Notes: generated by a model from the letters alone, not told the origin. DNA of 64,000 nucleotides from Eledone cirrhosa (GCA_964016885.1 OZ024741.1:197966001-198030000), one strand, 5' to 3'. Counted from the first letter of the stretch, positions 39,655-52,523 are shown. Translations and numbers: made by a program.

Positions 39655-42600
39655 AGATAAGAGTGTTTAAATATCGAACATAAACAGTTCGAATAACGGT
39701 GAAATGGAGACTAGAACGTCATGTGACAGACTCTCACCCAACAGGTGCCCCCTGGCTCAGCAGCAGGAACCTGACTGTCAACCAAATACTGCTGATGTTG
39801 GAGGAAGAAGAAGAAGGAAAGGGGCCAGAACCAACTGGACGAAAGAATTGAATAGAACTGTTATGCAATGCTACCTGAAAAGTAACCCCAAGGAGAGGGG
39901 CTACAGGAGACGGATGCATAACATCTGGAACGAGATTGGTTTATTTAAATTAGATGAACAAAAATTGGCCGGGCAGGCTCGGGTAATAAGAACTAATGGG
40001 TGGATAAGTGAGCTGGAACTGGAGGAACTGAGCAGAGAGAATGGCTTGGAGATGGCGGGTGTAGTATGCCAGACAAGCGAGCCGGTGGGAAATGAAGGTG
40101 AGGAGGTCCTGAGAACGGAGGAACCACCCGAAGCAGACAATGATCTGAATACTGAGATAAATAATACCTGGAACAGAGATACGGCCACTGAGGAGATGAA
40201 TGCTGACGGGCTAGGACAAGATTCGGTTGACATCCTAAATTTAGTGGTAGATGAATTGAACAATGATAGTGGGAGACCTATGAACCTAAGATTTGTAGAC
40301 AGGAAAAAGTTAAAAGAAACAACAGCTAAGGTAAACAAAGTCATCCCATACCTTGAGGCGAGGAGCCTTCACCAGTGCAACAATATCCTCAAAGCAACAG
40401 CAAATACGGTGAGGAAACTACTTAGTATAAAAGCGAGAGGAAACAACAGACAAGAAAGAGCAGAGCCGTGGTGGAAGAAGCGACTGAGTGGGCAAATCGG
40501 GGAAATGAGAAATGACATAGGAAAGCTTGAGTCACTACTGAATGGGACACTAAAAAACATAGGCACTAAAAATAGACTGGAAATAAAGTACAAAACTAGG
40601 AGGAAAAAGCTAAATATTATCATAGAGGAATTGAAGCAACGCATTGTAGCAAAGAGTGCAAAAATCAGGCGATACGAGAACAGAGTCAGTCAGTATAAAC
40701 AGAACCGCATGTTCGACAACAACCAGAAGATGCTGTTTGGACAGCTTGAGGGGAAAGAAAGAGGCAACTACTTGATCCCTGGGGCGGAACAAACTAAAAC
40801 ATTCTGGAGAGGAATATGGGAGCAGGATGTTAGACACAATGCCCAGGCAGGGTGGATTGAGACAGTACAGAGGGAGATCGGTGAGCAGGCACAACAACAG
40901 ACTGATTTGAGTATCACAGTTGAAACTCTTAAGGGGCAAGCCAAAAAACTAACCAACTGGAAATCACCAGGCCCAGATGGTGTGCAGGGGTATTGGATTA
41001 AACATTTAACATCCCTTCACCCGAAGCTGACGGCCATGTTCAATGACTGCTTGGTGTCGGGTGAGGTGCCAGAGTGGTTGACAAAAGGTACCACAGTTCT
41101 GATAATGAAAGACCGAATCAAGGGTAATGATGTTACCAACTATAGACCTATCACATGTCTGCCCGTAATGTGGAAACTGTTGACGGGCATTGTGTCTGAG
41201 GAAATCTACCATCACCTCCACACAAACAACTTGTTACCGGACGAACAGAAAGGATGCCGAAAGAAGTCACGTGGTACAAAGGACCAGTTGCTTATTGATA
41301 AGATGGTAATGGGGAATTGCAGGAGGAGACACACTGATCTTGCCATGGGATGGATAGACTACAGAAAGGCATTTGACATGGTGCCTCATTCCTGGATCAC
41401 CAAAAGCCTGGAGATCTTCAGGGTGGCAGATAACATCAGACAGTTGCTAGGCAGGAGTATGGGGTCCTGGGAGACAGAGCTGACATCAACTGGAGTATCC
41501 TTGGGAAGCGTGAAGATCAAGAGAGGTATCTTCCAGGGAGATAGCCTGTCCCCTCTGTTGTTTGTCCTTGCCCTGATGCCCTTGACCATTATGCTGCGAA
41601 AAGTGAGAGCAGGATACAAGTTGGGAAGGGGAGAGCTTACCATCAATCACCTCCTCTTCATGGACGATCTTAAGCTCTTCGGGAAAAGTGAGAAGGAGTT
41701 GGATGTGCTTGTTGACACTGTCCGTATTTTCAGCAGTGATATATGTATGCAGTTTGGTATTGGTAAATGTGGAGTCATTGTGATGAAGAGGGGTAGGTTG
41801 AGCAGAAGTAACGGGATCCAGATACCAACAGGTGAGATGATAAAGGAAATTGACTCTGAGGAAGGATACAAGTATTTGGGCGTTCTGGAGGCTGATGGCA
41901 TAAAGAACAAAAAAATGAAGGAATTGTTAAGAACTGAATACATTCGGAGAGTAAGGAGCGTATTGAAGTCACATCTGAACAGCAGAAATGCCATAAGCGC
42001 AGTAAATTCCCGAGCTGTGTCTATTATTAGGTACAGTGCGGGAATTCTGAGATGGAATGTTGCTGAACAAAAAGAAATGGATAGGAAGACTAGGAAGCTA
42101 TTGACTATCTACAACATGTTCCACAAGAGGAGTGATGTCGATAGACTCTACCTAAGGAGATCTGAGGGTGGAAGAGGTCTTATCAGCATAGAGGACTGTG
42201 TTCAGATGGAGAAAAACAACCTATACAAATACGTGACCTATAGTAAGGAGCCAATGCTCAGAACTGTACTGAAGGAGGGGACAGTAGGCCAGGGGATGTC
42301 CAAGGAGGAAATAACATCAAGGAGGAAGAGCAGCCTTAAGGGAAAATCCCTTCATAGTACCTTCTTTGAGAAAACTGAATTTAGAGATCCACAGACATGG
42401 AACTGGTTGAGAAGAGGAGACCTCAAAAAGGCTACAGAAGGAATGCTAATGGCTGCGCAGGAGCAGGCCCTCAAAACGAAGTGGTTGAAGCACCATATCT
42501 ACAAGGAGGAGGCTAGCCCACTGTGCAGGATCTGTGGAGAGAGAGAGGAGACTGTGGCTCACATTGTGTCCGAGTGTAAACACCTAGCCCAGACCCACTA

Positions 42601-43182
42601 TAAGGGCTGGAGACACGATGTGATGGGCAGGGTGATCCACTGGCACCTGTGCAAAGTAAACAATCTACCACATTCTGAGAAATGGTATGAGCATAGGCCA
42701 GATGCGGTGATGGAGAACAATCAGGTGAAGGTGCTGTGGGATTTTAGGATACAGACGGACAAAAAACTGGAACACAATAGACCTGAGCTGGTGGTTGTGG
42801 ACAAAGAAAAAAGATCGTGCCTGATTGTGGATGTGGCCTGCCCGTTCGACACGAGAGTGCAAGAGAAGGAGAGGGAGAAAATTAACCGATACCAGGACCT
42901 AAAGTGGGAGGTGAAAAGGATTTGGAACTGCCATGAAGTCAAAGTGATCCCGATTGTCATAGGCGCACTGGGGACTATCTCCAAAAGTTTCCAGGGATGG
43001 TTAAAGAAAATCGGCCCCTTCACGCTTTTTGGAACGCTTCAAAAGGCATGCTTGCTTGGAACAGCAAGAACCCTCCGATACGTCCTGAATATCTGAGGCT
43101 GCAGGTAGTGGCTTGATATTCAATCCAACGGACTTTCCAGTTAACCAACATCAATGACTGAGATTCAAGGAATAACAATAAC

Positions 43183-43210
<28 letters not shown>
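39655..43210 (+). mobile_element. Dong/R4-clade non-LTR retrotransposon copy D in (TAA)n
   Basis: Single ORF, ~75 nt 3' UTR, (TAA)n on both sides. Confidence 0.93.
39704..43096 (+). CDS. Dong/R4 protein: N-terminal Myb-like region, RT, CCHC finger, restriction-like endonuclease (1130 aa, uninterrupted)
   Basis: [88 protein letters not shown]. Confidence 0.93.
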   Translation: METRTSCDRLSPNRCPLAQQQEPDCQPNTADVGGRRRRKGARTNWTKELNRTVMQCYLKSNPKERGYRRRMHNIWNEIGLFKLDEQKLAGQARVIRTNGWISELELEELSRENGLEMAGVVCQTSEPVGNEGEEVLRTEEPPEADNDLNTEINNTWNRDTATEEMNADGLGQDSVDILNLVVDELNNDSGRPMNLRFVDRKKLKETTAKVNKVIPYLEARSLHQCNNILKATANTVRKLLSIKARGNNRQERAEPWWKKRLSGQIGEMRNDIGKLESLLNGTLKNIGTKNRLEIKYKTRRKKLNIIIEELKQRIVAKSAKIRRYENRVSQYKQNRMFDNNQKMLFGQLEGKERGNYLIPGAEQTKTFWRGIWEQDVRHNAQAGWIETVQREIGEQAQQQTDLSITVETLKGQAKKLTNWKSPGPDGVQGYWIKHLTSLHPKLTAMFNDCLVSGEVPEWLTKGTTVLIMKDRIKGNDVTNYRPITCLPVMWKLLTGIVSEEIYHHLHTNNLLPDEQKGCRKKSRGTKDQLLIDKMVMGNCRRRHTDLAMGWIDYRKAFDMVPHSWITKSLEIFRVADNIRQLLGRSMGSWETELTSTGVSLGSVKIKRGIFQGDSLSPLLFVLALMPLTIMLRKVRAGYKLGRGELTINHLLFMDDLKLFGKSEKELDVLVDTVRIFSSDICMQFGIGKCGVIVMKRGRLSRSNGIQIPTGEMIKEIDSEEGYKYLGVLEADGIKNKKMKELLRTEYIRRVRSVLKSHLNSRNAISAVNSRAVSIIRYSAGILRWNVAEQKEMDRKTRKLLTIYNMFHKRSDVDRLYLRRSEGGRGLISIEDCVQMEKNNLYKYVTYSKEPMLRTVLKEGTVGQGMSKEEITSRRKSSLKGKSLHSTFFEKTEFRDPQTWNWLRRGDLKKATEGMLMAAQEQALKTKWLKHHIYKEEASPLCRICGEREETVAHIVSECKHLAQTHYKGWRHDVMGRVIHWHLCKVNNLPHSEKWYEHRPDAVMENNQVKVLWDFRIQTDKKLEHNRPELVVVDKEKRSCLIVDVACPFDTRVQEKEREKINRYQDLKWEVKRIWNCHEVKVIPIVIGALGTISKSFQGWLKKIGPFTLFGTLQKACLLGTARTLRYVLNI

Positions 43211-43213
<3 letters not shown>

Positions 43214-43433
43214 TCAAAATCAAAGCAGCACAGCAACAACTAAAAAAAAAAAAAAAAACGTAAAGAAAATAAGAATGAAGAGAGAAACAAACGGACGGAC
43301 AGAGAAAGGAAGGGAAAAACTAAGTCAGACATTCGAACACTACATTACAATGAAACTTATGCTTATTCATTTTTGGGGGTTTTTCTGCCTGTTTGTTTTT
43401 TTGTTTATTTGTGTTCGTCTACAGCGTGATAAT

Positions 43434-46400
43434 GCCACACAAGAGCCACGTGGAGTGACGCAACCACCGGAGGCGGTGAATCCACCGGTGGTTATGTAAC
43501 CATACATTCGCCAATCCTCGATATGAGTGTTTAAATGTCGAACCTAAACAGTTCGAATAACGGTGAAATGGAGACTAGAACGTCATGTGACAGACTCTCA
43601 CCCAACAGGTGCTCCCTGGCTCAGCAGCAGGGACCTGGCTGTCAACCAAATACTGCTGGTGTCGGAGAAAGAAGAAGAAGGAAAGGGACCAGAACCAACT
43701 GGACGAAAGAATTGAATAGAACTGTTATGCAATGTTACCTGAAAAGTAACCCCAAGGAGAGGGGCTATAGGAAACGGATGCATAACATCTGGAACGAGAT
43801 TGGTCTATTTAAATTAGATGAACAAAATTGGCCGGGCAGGCTCGGGTAATAAGAACTAATGGGTGGATAAGCGAGCTGGAACTGGAGGAACTGAGCAGAG
43901 AGATTAGCTTGGAGATGGAGAGTGGAGTATGCCAGGCAAACGAGCCAGTAAGAAATGAAGGTGAAGAGGTCGAGAGAACGGAGGAACCACCCGAAGCAGA
44001 CAATGATCTGAATACTGAGATAAATAATACCTGGATCAGAGATACGGCCACTGAGGAGATGAATGCTTACGGGCTAGGACAAGATTTGGTTGATATCCTA
44101 AATTTAGTGGTAGATGAATTGAACAATGATAGTGGGAGACCTATGAACCTAAGATTTGTAGACAGGAAAAAGTTAAAAGAAACAGCAGCTAAGGTAAACA
44201 AAGTCATCCCATACCTTGAGGCGAGGAGCCTTCACCAGTGCAACAATATCCTCAAAGCAACAGCAAATACGGTGAGGAAACTACTTGGTATAAAAGCGAG
44301 AGGAAACAACAGACAAGAAAGAGCAGAGCCTTGGTGAAAGAAACGACTGAGTGGTCAAATCAGGGAAATGAGAAATGACATTGGAAAGCTTGAGTCCCTA
44401 CTGAATGGGACACTAAAAACATAGACACTAAAAATAGACTGGAAATAAAGTACAAAACTAGGAGGAAAAAGCTAAATATTATCATAGAGGAACTGAAACA
44501 ACGCATTGTAGCAAAGAGTGCAAAAATCAGGCGATACGAGAACAGAGTCAGTCAGTATAAACAGAACCGCATGTTCGACAACAACCAGAAGATGCTGTTT
44601 GGACAGCTTGAAGGAAAAGAAAGAGGCAACGACTTGATCCCTGAGGCGGAACAAACTAAAACATTCTGGAGAGGAATATGGGAGCAGGATGTTAGACATA
44701 ATGACCAGGCAGTGTGGATTGAGACACTACAGAAGGAGATCAGTGAACAGGCACACCAACAAACTGATTTGAGTATCACAGTTGAAACTCTTAGGGGGCA
44801 GGCCAAAAAACTGACCAACTGGAAATCACCAGGCCCAGATGGTGTGCAGGGGTATTGGATTAAAAATATAACATCCCTCCACCCGAAACTGACAACCATG
44901 TTCAATGACTGCTTGATGTCAGGTGAGGTACCAGAGTGGTTGACAAAAGGTACCACAGTTCTGATAATGAAAGACCGAATCAAGGGTAATGATGTTACCA
45001 ACTATAGACCTATCACATGTCTGTCCGTAATGTGGAAACTGTTGACGAGCATTATGTCTGAGGAAATCTGCCATAACCTCCACACAAACAACTTGTTACC
45101 GGACGAATAGAAAGGATGCCGAAAGAAGTCACGTGGTACAAAGGACCAGTTACTTATTGATAAGATGGTAATGGGGAATTGCAGGAGGAGACACACTGAT
45201 CTTGCCATGGGATGGATAGACTACAGAAAGGCATTTGACATGGTGCCTCATTCTTGGATCACCAAAAGCCTGGAGATCTTCAAGGTGGCAGATAACATCA
45301 GACAGTTGTTGGGCAAAAGTATGAGGTCCTGGGAAACAGAATTGACATCAACTGGAGAATCCTTGGGAAGCGTGAAGATCAAGAGAGGTATCTTCCAGGG
45401 AGATTGCTTGTCCCCTCTGTTGTTTGTCCTTGCCCTGATGCCCCTGACCAGTGTACTGCGAAAAGTGAGAGCAGGATACAGGTTGGGAAAGGGAGGGCTT
45501 ACCATCAATCACCTCCTCTTCATGGACGATCTTAAGCTCTTCGGGAAGAGTGAGAAGGAGTTGGATGTGCTTGTTGACACTGTACGTATTTTCAGCAGTG
45601 ATATATGTATGCAATTTGGTATTAGTAAGTGTGGACTCATTGTGATGAGGAGGGGTAGGTTGAGCAGAAGTAACGGAATCCAGATACCAACAGATGAGAT
45701 GATAAAGGAAATTGACTCTGAGGAAGGATACAAGTATTTGGGCGTTCTGGAGGCTGATGGCATAAAGAACAAAAAAATGAAGGAATTGTTAAGAACTGAA
45801 TACATTCGGAGAGTAAGGAGCGTATTGAAGTCACATCTGAACAGCAGAAATGCCTTAAGCGCAGTAAAGTCCCGAGCTGTGTCTATTGTTAGGTACAGTG
45901 CGGGAATTCTGAGATGGAATGTTGCAGAACAAAAAGAAATGGATAGGAAGACTAGGAGGCTATTGACTATCTACAACATGTTCCACAAGAGGAGTGATGT
46001 CGATAGATTCTACTTAAGGAGATCTGAGGGTGGAAGAGGTCTTTTCAGCATAGAGGACTGTTCAGATGGAGAAAAACAACCTACACAAATACGTGACTGA
46101 TAGTAAGGAGCCAATGCTCAGAACTGTACTGAAGGAGGGGACAATGGGCCAGGGGATGTCGAAGGAGGAAATAACATCAAGGAGAAAGAGCAGCCTTCAG
46201 GAAAAATCCCTTCATAGTACCTTCTTTGAGAAAACTGAATTTAGAGATCCACAGACATGGAACTGGTTGAAAAGAGGAGACCTTAAAAAGACTACAGAAG
46301 GAATGTTAATGGCTGCGCAGGAGCAGGCCCTCAAAACGAAGTGGTTGAAACACCATATTTACAAGGAGGAGGCTAGCCCACTGTGCAGGATCTGTGGAGA

Positions 46401-47048
46401 GAGAGAGGAGACTGTGGCTCACATTGTATCCGAGTGTAAACACCTAGCCCAGACCCACTATAAGGGCTGGAGACATGATGTGATGGGCAGGGTGATCCAC
46501 TGGCACCTGTGCAAAGTAAACAATTTACCACATTCTGAGAAATGGTATGAGCATAAGCCAGAGGCGGTGATAGAGAACGATCAGGTGAAGGTGCTGTGGG
46601 ATTTAAGGATACAGACGGACAAGAAACTGGAACACAATAGACCTGACCTGGTGGTTGTGGACAAAGAAAAAATATCGTGCCTGATTGTGGATGTGGCCTG
46701 CCCATTCGACACGAGAGTGCAAGAGAAGGAGAGGGAGAAAATTAACCGATACCAGGACTTAAAGTGGGAGGTAAAAAGGATTTGGAACTGCCATGAAGTC
46801 AAAGTGATCCCGATTGTCATAGGCGCACTAGGGACTATCTCCAAAAGTTTCCAGGGATGGTTAAAGAAAATCGGCCCCTTCACGCTTTTTGGAACGCTTC
46901 AAAAGGCATGCTTGCTGGGAACAGCAAGAACCCTCCGATACATCCTGAATATCTGAGGCTGCAGGTAGTGGCTTGATATTCATTCCAACAAACTAGGTTA
47001 ACTAACCAGTTAACTAACATCAATGACTGAGACACAAGGAGTAATAAC

Positions 47049-47080
<32 letters not shown>
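43434..47080 (+). mobile_element. Dong/R4 copy E with longer 5' end; ORF (43535-46956) broken by stops and frameshifts
   Basis: Colinear with copy D; fragments 43535-43849, 43828-44337, 44571-45110, 45165-46100 and 46066-46956. The 5' boundary is uncertain. Confidence 0.9.
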
Positions 47081-47082
<2 letters not shown>

Positions 47083-50000
47083 TTTTCTTTATTAACCAGA
47101 AGGGTTTACATAAAGTAGACATTAAGGACAGTACAGGACAATACAGGACGGTACAAATGGGCATTTCTGCGTGTAAAAAAAACAGAGGTTGAAATAAAAT
47201 AACAAAGAAAAATTCCCCAATAGCGGGGAGACTTCCGAGGGACATTTGTGGAGAAAGCCCAGTAAAAGACCACAGTGGCCCTGACCACCAGGGCAAGTGC
47301 CCTCTCCCAGTTTTCCACCTTTAATTTACAGACACATACTCAGAGAAGGCCCATTCATTCGGGCCATACTTGCTTCTCTCACCCATCTTTCAACAAAATG
47401 CTGGGAAGCGAGCACTTCCCTCTCTACCCTGATTTTCCTTTTCAAATGAAATTTGAAAAAGTTAATCAGGGCATCACCGAAGAGGTAAGTGCTCGTCTTC
47501 AGCCCTTTCAAACGTGTCCACCATACTATCTCTTTCGCCATGGCCACCAGACAGATAAAAACTGCCTGCCCTTCCAGGCTAAAGGAAGGGGGCGGGGCAA
47601 TCCTCACGATGAACTCAGCTGATAGCTGGATCCGTCCTACACGTGACAGCAGGTGTTCAACATAAACCCACAAGTCAGCAATGCTCGGACACTGGACGAG
47701 TGCGTGCAGGACGGTTTCGTCGCCCTGCGCGCATCTCGGACATGCCCGGCTGACGGCACCTCCATGCCTGTAGAGTTTATCCCGAACTGGCAAAGCTCCT
47801 CGGTAGCACTGCCAGGCCAGGGATTTCTGGAAGTTGTCCATAGGCCCCGGCCCGCAAGTCCTTCCGAAGAGATTGGCTAGTTGATTTTCGTCGACGCCTA
47901 GAGTTTCTCCAAGTACGTCGTCGCTCTTCCCCTCCACTAATCCCCTATAGAACGCCAAGGTGGAGTTTCCACCGATCACATTGCCCGATTGGTCGAGGGC
48001 TGTGAGCGCCTGAAGACATTCCAGTCTCCAAGAGCTCCCTCTCGGTCTTCGCTTGACCCAGGACTGCAGCTCCGTCAAGAAGACGAGCTGGGGAAAAACG
48101 CGCCTAGCAAACGGCGACCACACCTGATCACCGTCGAGGAAGAGGTGGAGATGTCGTAGCCTGAGCGCGTGTCTGCGCATCATCAGCTACGGCATGCCCA
48201 GCCCTCCACGTAGCGGGTGTTGACAGCAGATGGACCGCCTGACCATCGGAGCGCGTCCCTTCCACAAGAAGCGAAAGAGCAAACGCTCCAGCGCAGTCAG
48301 GCGGGGCTTAGGACAAGGTACGACGGTCAGGCGGTAGTAGATGACGGATGCGATGTACGCATTCGCCACCTCCGCTCGACCTTTCAGGGATAGCTTCCTC
48401 TCGGCCCATTTCTGGGTGACAGAAGCCACCCTGCTCGCCTCAGTGGCCGAAAGCCGCGGCAGTCCGTCGAGGTAGACACTAAAGTCCATCCCTCGATCCG
48501 GCCCACCACTGCCCCCGAACAGTTGAGCGAAGTGTCGCTGAAAAGCTTCACACATTTGCTCGGGATCGAGTAGCATGCGCCCGTCGTGGTCTACCAAAGA
48601 CCGGATCGTGGCTTTCTTGCCACGACGCGCCTCCGCCACTCGGGCCCATTGAACGGCTTTCGTCCCCTCGTGTCTGAGAGCACGCACCCTAGCTCTGACA
48701 ACGCAGCCTTCGTGCTTTGCATTGAAGAATTGGTCAAGGGCCAATTTCGCCGCAAGTACGTCGGTCGCGATGCCTTTGCTAAGCGCCTCATCTAATTTTC
48801 TAACTAATTCTCCCTCTGCTCTATATTTTTCTATTGCTAAAGTCTTACTAAAACTAATGGACTCTATTCTAATTGCTCTTTTCAGAGCAAACCACCACTT
48901 GTTGTTGACGATGGCCCCCGTCAACGCCCGCTTAACTAGTTCGCTAATCCGGTCTCTGTAGGCCTTGCGCGCTGGTAAGGACGCGTTTAGCTTCCAGTAG
49001 CCGGGTCCTCGTCTATGAAGCCTATCTAAGTCAAGCACACAGATCACGAATTTGTGGTCCGTGTAGCTGACTATCTTGAATTGTGGACAGCCTATGCTAG
49101 ACCTATCTATTTCCCTACAAAATACTCTATCTAGATATGATCTGGATGACCCTATGCGATTTGTCCAAGTCCACATTGGTACATTCGGGAAATCCATTCG
49201 GTACCTGTCAGACAGTTCAAAACGTCTGAGCAGGTTGGTGAGACTCTTGCACCCTCCTTCCCTATCCACTAATCCCACACAATCCCAGCGTGCATCTAAG
49301 ATCCCGTTCCAGTCTCCCACTAACACTAAAGAGCGGGACGTTCCAAGAAAGGTCTCCAGACGCCGGAAGAAATCAGGGCGCCCTGCTCCTGTCGGGGCAT
49401 AGACGGCCACTAACCTGAAAGCTTGCCCGTCTCCGCTGGTCACGTCCAGCACCACCAACTTACCTTCTGGGTCCAGGAAGATGGCCCGTATGGCAAGATC
49501 CAAACCTCTCCGAAAAAGCACAGCAACTCCTCCCCCCGATCCCGGACGGCTGGGAGATGCGTACACATCGTAGCCGCCGAAGATCGGTGCGAAAGCCTGT
49601 GCTTCGGAGATTCTGGTCTCGCTGATGGCCACTACATCTATGTTTAGTGACCTGAGGTAGTTGAGCAGGTGGCCCTGCTTCCATGACGACCCCAAGCCAC
49701 ACGCATTTATGCTGCCTATTCTGAGTGAGGTCATGTTGAAAAGGAGTGGAAAAGATGGGAAAGACCACTTACCTTACTTCTCGTAGGGGAAGGACGGTTT
49801 TTCCATCCTTTTCACTGCTTGTGGCCTCCTCAGGAAGGATGTCCTTATAAATCCTCCTGGAGAGTGCTTGTCGGAAGTCTCCGATGTCTTTGGGGAATTT
49901 TTGTTTTAGTGTCTTGTACGTTTTCTGTGTGATGCGAGTGATTTGTATGTGTGGAGGTGGTGTGAATTTTGGGGTTGTTGTGTAGTCTTTTTCTGTGATG

Positions 50001-52144
50001 CTGGTGTTGTGTTGGATGTAGTGTAATAATTGCTTGTTGTTCAAATTTAATTGTTTCTACTTTAGGCACAAGGCCAGCAATTACCCAGTGCATTACTGGT
50101 ACTTTATTTTATCGACCCCGTAAGGATGAAAGGCAAAGTCAACCTCGGCGGGATTTGAACTCAGATCGTAAAGGGACGTAACTATGCTGGAAAGCATGGC
50201 GTCCGACCCTCTACCGATACTGCCAATCCACCGCCCTTGTTGTTCAAATTTAATGCTGTGTAGTGTGTATCGTTTTGGTTGTTTTGTTTTGTTTGCGTTT
50301 GTTGTGGGTTTGTTTCTGTTTCGCATTTTGGTGACTTTTGTGGTGTAGGTGATGGTGGTGCTAGGGTTAATGATGGTGATGGTGTTGGTGTTTGGGTTGA
50401 TGGGGTTGGTGATGCTGGTGTGGATGGTGGCATATCTGTCCTAACTTTTTTGTTTCTTATTTTATTTGTTTCCCTCTGTATTTTGTTTTTGGAGGGGGAA
50501 GGAAGAGAATTTTTTTCTTTTTTGGTTTCTTTTTTTTTCCGGATATCGTTTCCCATTCCTCGTCGTCACAATCTGTCTCAAGTTGTGATAGGCCGGGGAG
50601 TGGAAAATCCTCCACAGCCGTTAGTTTTGGTTGTGGTGTGGTGTATGGTGTAGGCGCTGGTGCTAGTTCTGAAGCGTTGGGTGGTGGTGGTGTTGGTTTT
50701 GCTGGTGGTGGTAGTGGTGTTGGTTTTGCTACTGCTGCTGGGGTTGTTGCTGTTATAGTTGCTTCTGTTGTTGCTGCTACAGTTGTTGCTGCCATCTCTG
50801 CTACTGGTGGTGTTGATGGTTGTGTCACTGGGGTGGGTAGGAGAGGTGGCCTCAACCTTTTAGTCTGAGGGCAGAAAGCCCTTAGGTGGGTTCCTTCACC
50901 ACAAACGACACACCTAGGTCGTCTCCCCTCGACAATTACCGTGAGGTGGCTGCCGTCAGTGAGGTCTATTACCTCTGGGATCTCCTCAATGCTTTTTTTG
51001 GTCCGCTTGGATCAGGAGCTCCATCCCAGATCCGACCAGCTTTCCTGCTTTTCTTTTGCTATTGCTATTATTTTCGTGTTGGCTTCGATGCCGGCGAGGA
51101 CAGCCGCTATTAGCCAGGGAATTTCGATGGCCGGTGGAACGTGGGTCACCCTGATCTTTGCGAGTCTCTGGCCACAATAGCTTGGGACGAGTGTGAAGTC
51201 GTCACTTTTTAATGGGGCCATGGAGTGTTCTCTAGCCTCCTCTGGTGGTTCAAAGAACACATCCACGGTTCCATACTTTTGCCCACGTCTGATGTGGGTT
51301 TTTCTTGCCCACACATGTCCCAAAGCTTTTTGGATTTGGGACTCGGATGCCCGTTCCACTCGGCGCGATTTTACATTTATTGTTCTATACGACACGGTGC
51401 ATAGGCGCCGATGCTCCATTTTATTAGGTGGGGGGGGGGGGTGAGGCTGACCCTGTACCCATCTTTCTTTACCATTTGTTTGGCATTTTCTAAATCCTCC
51501 TGAGTTACCGTATAATCTTCGAACTGTTTTGCTACTCTGGCGAAACTGAGGGGGGGGGGTTTATAATGTCATTGTTGTTGTTGTTGCTATCGTTAATATT
51601 AATTTTTGTTTCAGTTGTGGTGGTGGTGACGTCAGTCGTCTTTGGTGGGGAAGAGTCCATTTTGCTTGATTTCATTTCGACATCATGAGTTAATTTATTT
51701 TTTTCTTCTTTTGTTTCTGTTGTCGCGGTGGTGGTGGTGGTGGAGGCTTTAACACCTGCAGTCATTGGTAATGGCGGGAAATGAATGTCTGCCTGAGACA
51801 AATTTAAAATATTGCTAGTGCTTATATTTTTTTTTGTGTTGGCAAACGTAGTAACATTTACAATGGTGGTGTCGGTGTAAGGTGTTAATTTGTGAGGAAG
51901 GCTTTCAGCTGCTTCGTGCAGAGGTGAATTAGCCATTTATTTCAAAGAAATTTTTTTGATAATAATAAAAGTTTAAATTTTGGGCACAAGGCCCCAATCT
52001 TTTTGGGTGTCCTTTTCGGAAAACAATGTATGTGCGCTTGTAAACAGTTAACAATAAAATTTTCCATAAATGACAATTTTTAACAAACGGAAATAACAAA
52101 CCTTTGCGGAGCTCACGATGATACGATTTACTACGTAGGTCGCC
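47060..52144 (-). mobile_element. Tx1-like LINE copy F with both termini; in-frame RT deletion in ORF2; SINE inserted in ORF1
   Basis: ORF 48187-49734 jumps LSATEA|SRVASV. ORF1 knuckle CVVCGEGTHLRAFC lies near 50875-50920. 5' end ggcgacctacgtag follows (ATT)n. Confidence 0.92.
50048..50236 (-). mobile_element. tRNA-SINE with ~19 bp target-site duplication
   Basis: cttgttgttcaaatttaat at 50033-50051 and 50236-50254; the empty site is in copy G near 56440-56455. Confidence 0.93.
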
Positions 52145-52183
<39 letters not shown>

Positions 52184-52270
52184 TGTTTCTACTTTTAGGC
52201 ACAAGGCCAGCAATTCACCAGTGCATTGCTGGTACTTTATTTTATCGACCCCGTAAGGATGAGGGGCAAA
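52145..52270 (-). mobile_element. SINE 3' half with (ATT)n tail
   Basis: aattgtttctacttttaggcacaaggcc...cgaccccgtaaggatga. Confidence 0.88.
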
Positions 52271-52523
52271 GAGGTCAAAGTGGTCCCGATTGTCATAGGT
52301 GCACTAGGTACTATCTCAAAGAGTTTCCAAGGATGGTTAAAGAAAATTGGTCCCGCCCCGCTTTTTGGAACACTTCAAAAGGCATGCTTGCTGGGAACAG
52401 CAAGAAGCCTCCGATACGTCCTGAATATCTGAGGCTGCAGGTAGTGGCTTGATATTCATTTCAACATACGTTCCAGTTAAATAACATTAATGACTGAGAC
52501 TCAAAGAACAATAATAATAATAA
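52271..52523 (+). mobile_element. Dong/R4 3' fragment
   Basis: EVKVVPIVIGALGTISK...RYVLNI* plus 3' UTR and (TAA)n. Confidence 0.9.

Noticed and set aside
43428-43460. Twister-like motif UAAUGCCAC..GUGGAG at the Dong 5' end
   Set aside because: P4 stem-loop and pseudoknot partners are missing.
39655-47080. Dong D/E and Tx1 F/G as assembly duplications
   Set aside because: Copies differ by many substitutions, indels, a SINE insertion and distinct ends.
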